Positions 49,191 to 60,975 of a DNA stretch of 64,000 nt are shown in pieces (position 1 is the stretch's first letter; each line of letters opens with the position of its first letter). Made by a program: the position numbers and the translations under genes. This stretch comes from Negaprion brevirostris. Taxonomy: Eukaryota. The notes below the pieces were generated by a model that saw only the letters and a list, made by a program, of their open reading frames with translations, made no database searches and had not been told where the DNA came from. The stretch spans positions 45,635,575-45,699,574 of the forward strand of contig JARDVH010000106.1 of NCBI GenBank assembly GCA_030324005.1, given 5' to 3'.

Positions 49191-51466
49191 TGGTGATATA
49201 ATACCTTGGGTTTATTTAGTATACAAGACACCAACCATTCAAAAAGGGATTGGATAAACACAGTGGATTCATGTATAAAGACTGGACACAGGAGAACAGT
49301 TCTACATTTGTATAAACCGTGAAGAAAGCAGAGCTGTTTGCCACCTGTTCTTGTCAGTGGGNNNNNNNNNNNNNNNNNNNNNNNNNNNNNNNNNNNNNNN
49401 NNNNNNNNNNNNNNNNNNNNNNNNNNNNNNNNNNNNNNNNNNNNNNNNNNNNNNNNNNNNNNNNNNNNNNNNNNNNNNNNNNNNNNNNNNNNNNNNNNNN
49501 NNNNNNNNNNNNNNNNNNNNNNNNNNNNNNNNNNNNNNNNNNNNNNNNNNNNNNNNCTACTTACTAATTAACTTAATTCATGCATGCAGATTAATCTACT
49601 TCACATATTTCAATAATATATTCTTCCTCTCAGCATAAAATCACTATATCCTCCAATTTTTATATTTCAGATTCCAGTTGAAGATTGAATTATGGACAAG
49701 ATGGGTTTTAATTTATACAACCAAATCAATGCAATCAGTACAGTTTAATTGACGCAAGATATTAAAACAAAAATTCCAAGTTACCAGTGAAAATTCTGAT
49801 ATTTGACCCTCTTAATTAGTATTGGAACACACAGAAAAAAAAAATACCCAAGTTAAAGTTAGTGCACAGGAGATTTAATGCAGCCCAGCACTTAATTAGA
49901 ATGAAGTTTAAAAAAAAAATCAACCTACACCAACATACTAAAAATGATTTTGCTTTGGGTTTCTTGCTTGGGTTTCATCCCCAAAAATGAAATTTTTTTG
50001 ATAATATTTATACTGTCAAGCAAGAACTTACTGCTTAGTATGGATAAATAGGATGACTGGAAACAGCAGGAGGATTACCCTGGTGGTTGAGAAGGGATAT
50101 GCAGAGATGGGGAAGAATTCATACAAGCAGAAAAGATGAAAAAGGAGACAGATACAGCTTCTCACAACACAATATTTCTTAACCTGCGACAAGAACTGAA
50201 ATCACATGCTTGCACAAAATCAGGTTCAGTGTTCAGCCAAGATATTAGTAGCCCCACCTACACAGTCTGTTTATTATCCATTCATATTAGAACACCAGGA
50301 AACTATGCAACTTCAACATATGCACTGTGGAGAATGCAAAACTGCTGTAGTTGAAGTGGCCAGGTCAATGAAGGTACGGTTCCCATTGACGGGATTGTAT
50401 CAAAAGTGATCATGCAGCAAAGCAGGATAAATGAATAAGAAATATTACTTCATTGCACACCAGCTTGTAAATTGCAGAGCACTTCAACTATTAGATATTT
50501 TGTTACACAAATAAAATATTCATTGGAGGCTAACATTTTTCATTACAAAGAGTTCTGGAAGCAACTCAATGGCACAATGCAAATCTCATTTGGAGCTAGA
50601 TTGATTAAACCTATAAGATAATAAACTAAGGTTGGTCATTTGCAGAAAATTTGTTCCATAAGGAAAACAATTACTGAAGGATAAACAAATCAAGTTATTT
50701 TATATAAAGCTAAAATGTTTTTATTTTACGTAATGCAGAATTTTATGGATTGTCAGAGGGAGTGACAAATGAGCTATTTATATTGAGCAATGAACTTTTT
50801 GTAATTTATACAATTTTATGTTCAAGTATTGTTCAATAAACAAAATATATGTTACTGCTATGTTCACAGAACCTTATTAAAATCATTAGACTCAATAGCT
50901 TTTTATCTTTAGTAAGTTAAGCACTTTATCATTTATTTTGATTAAGTTCCACCTTTACTCATCATTTTTCAATGTCTCCTGTTATCCTGAAATTTGACAA
51001 ACAAAATTTCACATGGTTTAATTTCCCCACGGATCCCAGGCTCATCAGTGCAGTTGATATTCAGCTTCTATGGATAAAAATAATAGATGTATGTTCATTT
51101 AACTGGCTTTGGACAATCAATAGTATTTAAAAGGAAGACTCAAATAAGAGGAAGAGACTTGAATCTTAATTTGAAATCTAGCATCTTCAGTATCTCCACA
51201 CGATGCTTCATAATTTAAATGCACTACTCCCAACTTTTTCTCCCTTCCACAATCACTAATCCTCTTATACACGCCTCTGTCCATTTCATTATCACATTGC
51301 TACGGTATTGCCAAAACTAACACTCACTTCAAAACATTTACACCATTAAGTTTGTTCTGTTACCACCAATGTTCCTGGGAGGAAACACACCTCAAACTCC
51401 AATCACATGTTCCTTTCTCCTCATCATACCAGCTCCTCCAGTTGTAAATTCTGTTTCTTCCATGTT

Positions 51467-51775
51467 CATAGAATCTACAGCACAGGAGGCCACCATTTGG
51501 CCCATCGAGTCTGCACCAATCACAATTCTACATCGGCCTTAACCCCACAACACCATGCATTTATCCCAGCTACTCCCCCTGACAAAGAAGGGCAACTTTG
51601 CATGGCCAATTCACCTACCATCTTTGGACTGTGGGAGGAAACCAAAGCACCCGGAGGAAGCCCACACAACACAGGGAGAACGTGCAAACTCCACAAAGAC
51701 AGTAATCCAAGCTGGGAATCAAACCCAGGTCCCTGGCGCTGTGAGGCAGCAGGGATAACCACTATGCCACACCAC
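51467..51775 (-). mobile_element. V-SINE (HE1-like), CR1-type tail
   Basis: CATAGAATCTACAGCACAGGAGGCC...CCCATCGAGTCTGCACC...TTTGGACTGTGGGAGGAAACC...CCCTGGCGCTGTGAGGCAGCAG. Confidence 0.9.
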
Positions 51776-54700
51776 CATTCACTGTTTTAATTCCTCCAGT
51801 CACAGGCTCCTTTCCTCTCTTTTGCTGCTCATGCAGAGACGGAATCTATGTTTGGAGAAGTGGCAAGAGTAGGAGGGAAGGAACCTGTAAATGGAGAAAC
51901 CAGAGCGGTGGGAGAGATGAGAGTCTGAGATTGGGTGAGCAGTTGCTCACTGATCTGCCTCTCTGATGCTTACTGTTCCTCCAAAATCACAACTCTGCAC
52001 TGTTTGTCCATTGTTAACCATGCAGTTACACCTGCAAATGTTTGGACTACAGAGGAGCAAAAATGTACCAACTTTTTCAGCTGTCTTCTCATTTCCACAG
52101 CTATGAGAGTTTGAGGGACAATCTGCCTGCCACACACGGTATATTTTGAACCCTGATCAGTATCACATTGAAATAAATACTTTCCACATGGCAACACAGA
52201 ATACTTACACATTCATATTATTGAACTATTTAGCAATGATCAGCCTAATTATGTCTACTTAAACTCAGAGCCAAATGAATGTCATTCATTGAGCCCAGTG
52301 TAGTCTCTATGGTAAGATATACACTTGGCCTGCTGCTGCTTCTGGATTGTCAATACAAAACAAATAGGATAATCTGTTGTCTGACAACAGAGTGATTATG
52401 CATTGATCTTTTTCAGATTTCACTTCAATTCCAGAACTAATTGCTGAGAGATAGAAGTCTTTGTTTTAAAAAAAGACTACTAAATAAAATCAGCTTTAGT
52501 AATTCAAAACTAGCTTCTCAAAGACATGGGTCAAGTACACAAAACTGCACCTACAGGTGATTGGAATTAATCATTTCATTCCAGTGAAGTTGTGAAACAG
52601 TTGCTCAGAAAATTAGAAGGATTCACAAAGGTACTGTACAGATTCATTTCTAATTCTGAAGTTATGGCACATTGGCAGGGCACAACAGAAAGACAGTGAC
52701 AGTACTTTCCATCTTACATGTGCAGTACATTCTTCACGTGATGCTTTGTGATAATATTGAGTTCTCAAAAAAGACAACAATTACATCTTTCAACACTCAT
52801 TTTTACAGGAAACCTCATCCATAATTGTGATGGTAGATGAACGCTAAAGCAACCAATTCAATAAAACAGCAAATCCAACACTAAACATCAGCTGTCAAAG
52901 GATGGTGCAGAATGGAGGTGAAAAACCTCCCAAAAGGTTGAAAGAATGGGCCAAATCAATTCTCCATGGTACATACGATTTCAAGAAGAAGCATCAATCT
53001 TGAATCAAGCCAATATCCCAACCTCAAACACACTTACCACTGAAATCAGGTGAATAACAAATTTAAAATACTTGGGATATTTTTAAAATAGAACAGAGTA
53101 CCAATTTTGTTAAACCAACAATCATACCATCTGTCACTTTGATTTAATTGTTCGAATTTATTTCTTTTTCAATCAAAAATAATGACAAGGACGTATTTAA
53201 TTTTCCTTGGTCATTATTTTGTTCAGAAATTTAAACTTACATTTTAATCTATGCAGAATTTAACATGTGAAATAGGTTTATAATGGAACAAAATCAGCTC
53301 ACACAAATAGTTTCCTTCTGCTCATCCAACCATCAGTCCAAACCAGTTATTGAAGTCTATATCCCCTTGTAGATGTCTCTTTGCTGCCTTTTATTGATCA
53401 GCTGCTACTGTCTGAAATTAATGGTGTTCAGCTGAGACTTAAGGGCATGATTAGGTTAAAATTGATTTGTTTGGCTGTCTCTCAACTGAGGAACAGACCT
53501 TGGGAGCACTCTCAGGGTGCAAAGTGCATAAGGTCATGTACAACCTGATCCTACTTTGTCATCAATATTTACCATTACATGTAACTTAAATGAAAATTTT
53601 AGCTTCAAGCAAATATTGCTTGACTTTTATTCAAAATTATCTACATTTGTAGGGTATCAGCAACATTTTAATTACAAGCACAATAAATGATGCATAGCCA
53701 CAAGAATATCTTCTGTTTGTTGGCTTCAAATAGTTCTTAGATCATTCATGGCTTTAGATCCTGACTCGTGTTTCATATAATATTACATAACAGAAGTTGC
53801 ACTTCTTGTACTCATTTACAAAGCTTTTGGACTAGAACTCGTAAGTTGCCAAGAAATTAACATGTTCGAAATAATTGATGAAACTGGACTTTTTAAAAGA
53901 AAACAGCTATGGATAGTTATTTTTTGCCAACCAGTGAACAATTTTTAAAATCAAACTGGATAAATACAATGAATAGGCAAATACAACACAAAACAAGCCA
54001 AACATCCTGCTGTTTCTTTACATTTTGTTTCAAATTTAAATATAACATCTGAAGATTTGAAAATGATTCCAAAGTTCAAGCAAACAACTGCAAAGAAAAA
54101 TACAACATCATATTATTGAATGTAGAAACAAAGTTGCACAAATAAAGTACCATCAATCGTATTCACTTAGCCATAAAAGATATTGGGGCAATCAAATACA
54201 GTACTATTAAAGGTAAAAAGTACAGTTTTTATAGCTATTTAATCCAACAGGTTTAAGTTGCATGTCAGCCTCCACTCAGCCCCCTCTATTGATCTCCAAA
54301 GGTTCTCCCAAAAAGAGAGAGTTCCTAATGTGCAGGAAAACACGAGTGACTCCCACCGGTTTTTTTTTAAAAGCATGATTTCGAGAATGAATCTCTGGGT
54401 CCCTGTAGGTTCGCTCTGAATAGTGGTGGCTGGGGCCTATTCCCATCTGAGAGGGTGGCAGCTTGGATCATAGAATNNNNNNNNNNNNNNNNNNNNNNNN
54501 NNNNNNNNNNNNNNNNNNNNNNNNNNNNNNNNNNNNNNNNNNNNNNNNNNNNNNNNNNNNNNNNNNNNNNNNNNNNNNNNNNNNNNNNNNNNNNNNNNNN
54601 NNNNNNNNNNNNNNNNNNNNNNNNNNNNNNNNNNNNNNNNNNNNNNNNNNNNNNNNNNNNNNNNNNNNNNNNNNNNNNNNNNNNNNNNNNNNNNNNNNNN

Positions 54701-55199
54701 NNNNNNNNNNNNNNNNNNNNNNNNNNNNNNNNNNNNNNNNNNNNNNNNNNNNNNNNNNNNNNNNNNNNNNNNNNNNNNNNNNNNNNNNNNNNNNNNNNNN
54801 NNNNNNNNNNNNNNNNNNNNNNNNNNNNNNNNNNNNNNNNNNNNNNNNNNNNNNNNNNNNNNNNNNNNNNNNNNNNNNNNNNNNNNNNNNNNNNNNNNNN
54901 NNNNNNNNNNNNNNNNNNNNNNNNNNNNNNNNNNNNNNNNNNNNNNNNNNNNNNNNNNNNNNNNNNNNNNNNNNNNNNNNNNNNNNNNNNNNNNNNNNNN
55001 NNNNNNNNNNNNNNNNNNNNNNNNNNNNNNNNNNNNNNNNNNNNNNNNNNNNNNNNNNNNNNNNNNNNNNNNNNNNNNNNNNNNNNNNNNNNNNNNNNNN
55101 NNNNNNNNNNNNNNNNNNNNNNNNNNNNNNNNGCTAATCATATGGAAATGTCAATTTGAATGATACTTCCATATGATAATCAGCTCTGCGCTGATTTCC

Positions 55200-55630
55200 G
55201 CCAAAAATCTTTGCCTTAATTTTCAACTAATTTTCCCTTAAACACGTGTCATTTGTCTCAACTACTACTATGGCAGTGAGTTCTATTCTAACCACTGAAA
55301 AGAAGTTTCTCTCTGTTAGAGTTATTAATGACTACCTTATACTCATAGCTGAGTTTAGGAACATTTTCTCAATGCTACTGCAGCAAACCTTCATCTAATT
55401 TTGAAGAAGTTCCTTCTCCGAAAGTTGGAAGCTCATCAATTTTGGCACCATTCTTGATAAATCTTTTTGCTTTTTCCAATGCCTTGATATCCCTTTTTTT
55501 AAGCACGGAGATCAAAACTGTTTACAGTAGTCCAGTGTGGCCTAATGAAGGTTCTTACAATCTTTCAAATTATATCTCTCTAGAAATGAAATCCCAACTT
55601 GTTTGTTTTTCTAACAGCCTTATTAACCTG
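55200..55630 (-). mobile_element. Decayed CR1 3' fragment
   Basis: GGCAGTGAGTTC..TTCTAACCACT..AAGAAGTTTCTC...TTTTCCAATGCC..ATATCCCTT...CAAAACTGT. Confidence 0.5.
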
Positions 55631-56214
55631 GGCATCTGTTTACAAATCAACAGAGACCATTAACTTGAGCATCAGTTCATAAATCAGCAGAGACCATTAA
55701 CCTTTGAAGTGATTCAAATTTCCAGCGAGTTGCTGAAAGAATGACACAGCAAGATTTCACATTTCAAAATATTGATTGGAACAAGGGACTAAAAAACTGT
55801 CGATTAAACATTTTCTTCCTGAGGGGAATTTGCATTTTCAACTGGAACATTCAGCTTGTATACTGTCGCAGTATGAAATTACCATCCTTTTCATAAAAGG
55901 TCCACTGTTGTGCCCAGCTTTCAATGGGTTCCCATATCCTCGCTTCACTGAGCAGTAACTTTGAATGACTGTCTCTAGATTCTTTGCTGAGTTCAGAGAA
56001 TTTCTTAAATCCATCAGTGGCAAAGGCAGTTCCAATGATTCCTCTTCCCTTAATCATGCCAGAACAAATCTCCCAGAATCTGTCAATTACTGCAGCGCAT
56101 GTCTCTTCAACTGAAAACCATCTCTCCTTCCAACATTCGGTTGTGGTAGTTTGCAAAGTCAAGATGCCTTTCGCACTACTGTCTGTGATGTTCATTGATT
56201 TGTCAGGAACTTTT

Positions 56215-56429
56215 AAGACCTTTAAGACTTGATTAGCTGGAAACACTTGCATTCTGATCAATTTTCTGGAAACTGAGCGTGTGTCTTTATATGCCCTGTT
56301 TGTGATCAGAACTCCCCACTCACCTGACGAAGGAACAGCGCCCTGAAAGCTAGTGGTGTTTGCTACCAAATGAATCTGTTGGACTTTAACCTGGTGATGC
56401 GAGACTTCTTCTTGTGTTTACCACAGTCC
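56215..56429 (+). mobile_element. Penelope pLTR (family 1)
   Basis: TTTGCTACCAAATGAATCTGTTGGACTTTAACCTGGTG..GAGACTTCTT..TGTGTTTACC is homologous to both arms at 4255-4490; runs into a gap. Confidence 0.85.
56321..56355 (+). ncRNA. Minimal type I hammerhead ribozyme motif, core intact
   Basis: CAC-CUGACGA-AGG-aacagcgc-CCU-GAA-AGCU-A-GUG; predicted cleavage 3' of A56352; stem II weakened to about 3 bp. Confidence 0.72.
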
Positions 56430-56539
56430 NNNNNNNNNNNNNNNNNNNNNNNNNNNNNNNNNNNNNNNNNNNNNNNNNNNNNNNNNNNNNNNNNNNNNNN
56501 NNNNNNNNNNNNNNNNNNNNNNNNNNNNNCACATTAAAA

Positions 56540-57930
56540 AAAAGAGTGCAGGAGGGCATGCACAAGCCATACAGAAAAATGAGGCATCAACCAAGTGAAG
56601 CTACACCACAGGACTACTTAAAAGTCAAACAATGAAAGCTGCAAGTGATAGACAAACAGATCAGATCTAAGCTCTGCAGTTCTGCCACATTCAGCCATGA
56701 CTGGTGGTGGACAATAAACAGTGTGGGTTTTCTCTGGGTGCTCCAGTTTCCTCTCACAGGTTAAAGGTTTGTGGATTCGGTTGATTGGCCAAGCTAAATT
56801 GACCCTAGTGCCAGGAGATTAGCAGGGTAAATGTGTGGTGTTACGGGAATAGGGCTGGGGTGGGATTGTGATCAGTGCAGGCTCAATGAGCTGAATGGCC
56901 TCTTTCTGTACTGTAGGGATTCTTTGACTCTAACTAGCTGGAGGAGGCTCGACAAATGTCTCCACCTTCAAATGATGTGTGAGCCCAGCACATTAGTGCA
57001 AAAGGTTGAAGCATTTTCAATGGCCAGGCAGAAGTGCTGAGTAGATGATACCTCTTGGGTCCTCTAGAGGTCTCCAGCATCATAGATGTCAGTGTTCTGC
57101 CAATTCAATTACATTCCAAGAAACAGCAAAAAGCATTGGACACTGGAAAGGCTATGGGCTCTGACAACATCCTAGCAGTAATACTTAAGACTTGAGCTTC
57201 AAAATTAGCTGTGCACTTAGCCAAGCTGTTCCAGTACAGCAACAACACTGGCACCTATCCAATAAATGTCGAAAACTGCCCATGTCCTGTCCACAAAAAG
57301 CAGGATAAATAAAACCCAGTCGGCTATTCTTGATTAGTAAGATAAAAGGACTCACCAACACCTGCTCAACAATAACCCACTCACTGACACTCAGTTTGTG
57401 TTCTGCCAAGGCCATTCAGCTCCTAATCTCATTATAACTTTGGTGCGAACATAGACAAAGAGCTGAATTCCAGAGGTGAATTGAGACTGAGGCAACATTT
57501 GACAGAGTGGTATTAAGGAACCCTAGCAAAACTGGAGTCAAAGGGAATCAGGGGAAAAACTCTACACTGCTTGGAAATATAGCCAAAGGAAGGTGGCTGT
57601 AGTTGATGGAAGCCCATTATCTCAGTGCCAGGATACCACTGCAGGAGTTCCTCAGGCTAATGTCTTAGGCCCAATCATGTTCAGCTGTTTTATCAATGAC
57701 TTTACCTCCACTATGGAGTCACAAATGGGGATGTTCGCTGACAATTGCGCAATACTTAGCTTCATTTGTGACTCCTCAGATACTAAAGCAGTATTGTGCC
57801 CATATCCAACAAGACCTGGAGAACATTCCGTCATGGGCTGATAAATGGCAAGTAATATTTCTGACACAGATGTGCCAGAAAATACCCGCCTCCAACAAGT
57901 GAGAATTGAACCTTCTTCCTTTTGACATTC
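56540..57930 (+). mobile_element. CR1/L2-group LINE (family B) ORF2, interrupted by a V-SINE
   Basis: KAMGSDNI (GPDNIP-like), AGVPQANVLGPIMFSCFINDF, GMFADNC, QQDLENIPSWADKWQV. Confidence 0.9.
56721..56930 (+). mobile_element. 5'-truncated V-SINE nested in a LINE
   Basis: GTGTGGGTTTTCTCTGGGTGCTCCAGTTTCC...GATTGGCCAAGCTAAATTG...AATGGCCTCTTTCTGTACTGTAGGGATTCT; LINE sequence resumes on both sides. Confidence 0.85.
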
Positions 57931-58370
57931 AATTTGATTTAATATTGTCACATATATTGGGATACAGTGAAAAGCTTTTTTTTCATGCTATATAGACAGG
58001 ATAGATTGTTCTGAGAGTATGTAGGGGAGAAGAAAAAGGGGAAAGTGCAGAATATAGTGTTACAGTCATGGCTAGGGTACAGAGAAAAATCAACTTACAA
58101 TAAGGTGGGCCCATTCAAAAGTCTGATGGCAGCAGGGAAGGAGCTGTTCTTGAGTCGAATAGTATGTGATCTGAGACTTTTGTATCTTTTTCCCCCAACG
58201 GGAGAGCGTGGAAGAGAGTAGGTCCAGGGTGCGTGGCTTCCTTGATTATGCTGGCTGCTTTTCGGAGGGAAGTGTAGAGAGAGTCAATGGATGGGAGGCT
58301 GATTTGCATGATGGACTACGCTATGGTGAATTGGTGCAATGACAATAGTCTCTTCCTCAATGTCAGTAAA
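57930..58370 (-). mobile_element. Rex1/Babar 3' end
   Basis: SLPSIDSLYTS.RKAASIIKEATHPGPTLFHALP; reverse tail ATTTGATTT..ATTGTCACAT. Confidence 0.85.
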
Positions 58371-58896
58371 AAACAATTGCACCATTATGTACTGATTTAT
58401 TTCACTTTGTTAGTTATCATTATTGTATAAATCAGAAGTAAATGTTGCTTGAGCTGGCATTTGGAAGCTTTCTTAAAAAAAAGGAAAGAATTGACTGCGC
58501 AGGTCAATGCTCAAATGCTAATTATTTGCATGGTTATGAGTAAATCAATGAGAGAACTACAATTGACAGGTTATAAGCAATTCAGAAACTTTCAGTTCAG
58601 ACTTCAAACAATTCAGAGGGCAGGAGCATAAAGCAGCTTGTTGGTTGCACAGGTGAGTTGCAAGGAGTCAGGAGGATTCAGAGTTCAAATTTATACTTGC
58701 ATTAATTTGGATACACAGTTTCTCTGATACAAACAAACCTTTATGAATTACGCATACCTTTTAAAATCCACTGGAGAAGATTCTACTTTAAAACTTCTAG
58801 ACCCACGATAAAAAGAATAAATCAAAAGGCTAAGAAATAGAAGAACAAAAACCAAATTGGAAGTTGGGGTTGTATGGAGTCCTCAAGGATGTGGCT

Positions 58897-60975
58897 GATT
58901 TGATTTATTCTTGTCACATGTATTAGTATACATTGAAAAGTATTGTTTCTTGCATGTATACAGACAAAGCATACTGTACATTGTGAAAGAAAGGAAACTG
59001 GTGAATGTAGTATTACAGTCACAGCTAGGGTGTAGAGAAGGATCAACTTAATACAAAAGGTAGGTCCATTCAAAAGTCTGATGGCAGAAAGGAAGAAGCG
59101 GTTCTCGAGTTGGTTGGTACGTGTCCTCAGACTTTTGTATATTTTTCCTGATGGAAGAAAGTGGGAGAGAGCATGTCCTTCATGCATGGGTTCCTTGATG
59201 ATGCTGGCTGCTTTTCCGAGGCAGCAGGAAGTGTAGACAGAGTCAACGGACTGGGCTTTGCTCATGACCCTTTGTAGTTTATTGCGGTCTTGGACAGAGC
59301 AGGGAACAAGCTGTAACACAACTGGAAAAAATGCTTTCTTTGGTGCATGTGGGGGTTGTAGCGGACGTGCCAAATTTTCTTAGTCTCCCGAGAAAATAGA
59401 GACGTTGGTGGGCTTTTTTTAAAAAACTATAGCATCCGCATGGTAGGACCAGGACAGGTTGTGATCGAGACACCTAAAAACTTGAAGCTCTCAATCGTTT
59501 CTACTTGGTCCCCATTGACGTAGACAGGGGCATGTCCTCCACTATCCTTCCTGAAGTTGATGACTAGCTCCTTCATTTTGTTGACATTGAGAGTGCGATT
59601 ATTGGCTTCACACCAGTTCACCAGATTCTGTAACTCTATTTCATTGTTGTTTGAGATCTGACCCTCAATGATAGTGTCATCAGCAAACTTGAAAATCAAG
59701 GGAGGGGAATTTGGCCATACAGGTCAGGAGGTATAAGGAGTCTAGTGAAGGGCTGAGAACACAGATTTGCGGAGCACTGGTGTTGAGGGTGATCATGGAG
59801 ATGTTATTCCCTATCCTTACTGACTACAATCTGTGGGTTAGGACCAAAAGGATCCAGTCACAGGAGGGAGGAACTCAGCCCCAAACCACAAAGTTTGGAA
59901 ATGAGTCTCATAGGAATAATGGCATTAAAGGCTGAGCTATAGTCTATGAATCAGAGTCTGATATAGGTGTCTGTGTTATCTAGGTGTTCCAGGGTTGAAT
60001 GTAAGGCCAAAGAGACGGTATCTGCTGTGGAATCCTTGCAGCAATAGGCAAGCTTTTTAAAGTTCATTTATTAGTCACAAGTAGACTTACATTCACACTG
60101 TAATGAAGTTACTGTGAAAATCCCCTAGTCACCACACTCCAGTACCTGTTTGGGTACACAGACTACAGCATGGCCCATGCATCTAACCTGCATATTTTTG
60201 GACTGTGGGAGGAAACTGGAGCACCCGGAGAAAACCCATGCAGACAGAAGGAGAATGTCTATGTGGAGTTTGCACAGTCACCCAAGCTGGAAATTGAACC
60301 TGGGTTTCTGGCGCTGAGAAGCAGCAGTGTTAACCACTGTGCCACCTGAACTGTAGTGGATTCAGGCAGTCCGGGAGGCAGGAATTGATTTGCGCCATGA
60401 CTAACCTTTCAAAGTATTTCATAATGATCACTGTCTGAGCTTCCAGTCGACAGTCATTCAAGCACACTGCCTTGCTTTTCTTTGGTACCAGGATGATGGT
60501 TGTCTTCTTGAAGCAGATAAGGATCTCAGATTGGTGTAGAGAGAGGTTGAAGATGTCTGCGAATGCCCCTGCCAGCTTGTCCATGCAGGACCTCAGTCAT
60601 CATCCAGGTACCTCACCTGGGCCAATTGCTTTCGAGGGTTGAGTTTTGAGAAGGCTGCTCTGACCTCGGATACAGGTTCGTCCAAGGCTTCCGAGATGGA
60701 GGGTGTGCTCTCGCTGAACTTTAGCTCAAAACAGGGACAGAGTGTGTTGAGTTCATGGGGGGAGGGATGCATTGGAGCTGGTGATTTTACCTGCATTCAA
60801 CTTGTAGCCTGTCATGTCTTGCAGACCTTGCCACAGTCGATGGGAGTCCATGTGGCTCGCCTGGGATGGTGCTTTTTTTGGGCATCTTTGATGGATCTCT
60901 GTGATTATATCTGGCTTTCTTGTATAGGTCAGGATTGCCCAAATTAAATGCCTCAGCCTGGACTTAACAGGGATA
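58897..60975 (-). mobile_element. Rex1/Babar LINE, ~1.8 kb of ORF2 and 3' UTR, interrupted by a V-SINE
   Basis: LWQGLQDMTGYK; LAGAFADIFNLSL..CFKKTTIILVPKKSKAVCLNDCR; IFKFADDTIIEG; KAHQRLYFLGRLRKF; tail at ~58900. Confidence 0.93.
60058..60346 (-). mobile_element. V-SINE with alternative tail, nested in Rex LINE
   Basis: TAGTCACAAGTAGACTTACATTCACACTGTAATGAAGTTACTGTGAAAATCCCCTAGTCACCACACTCC...AACCACTGTGCCACC. Confidence 0.92.

Noticed and set aside
52081-52144. Strong acceptor followed by a 38-nt candidate exon (YESLRDNLPATH)
   Set aside because: Weak donor (GTATAT), unrecognised peptide, no partner exons.
54437-55159. Long ORFs of 224-234 aa (also at 37634-38309, 46441-47119, 49319-49638)
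   Set aside because: Length is an artefact of reading through N gaps.
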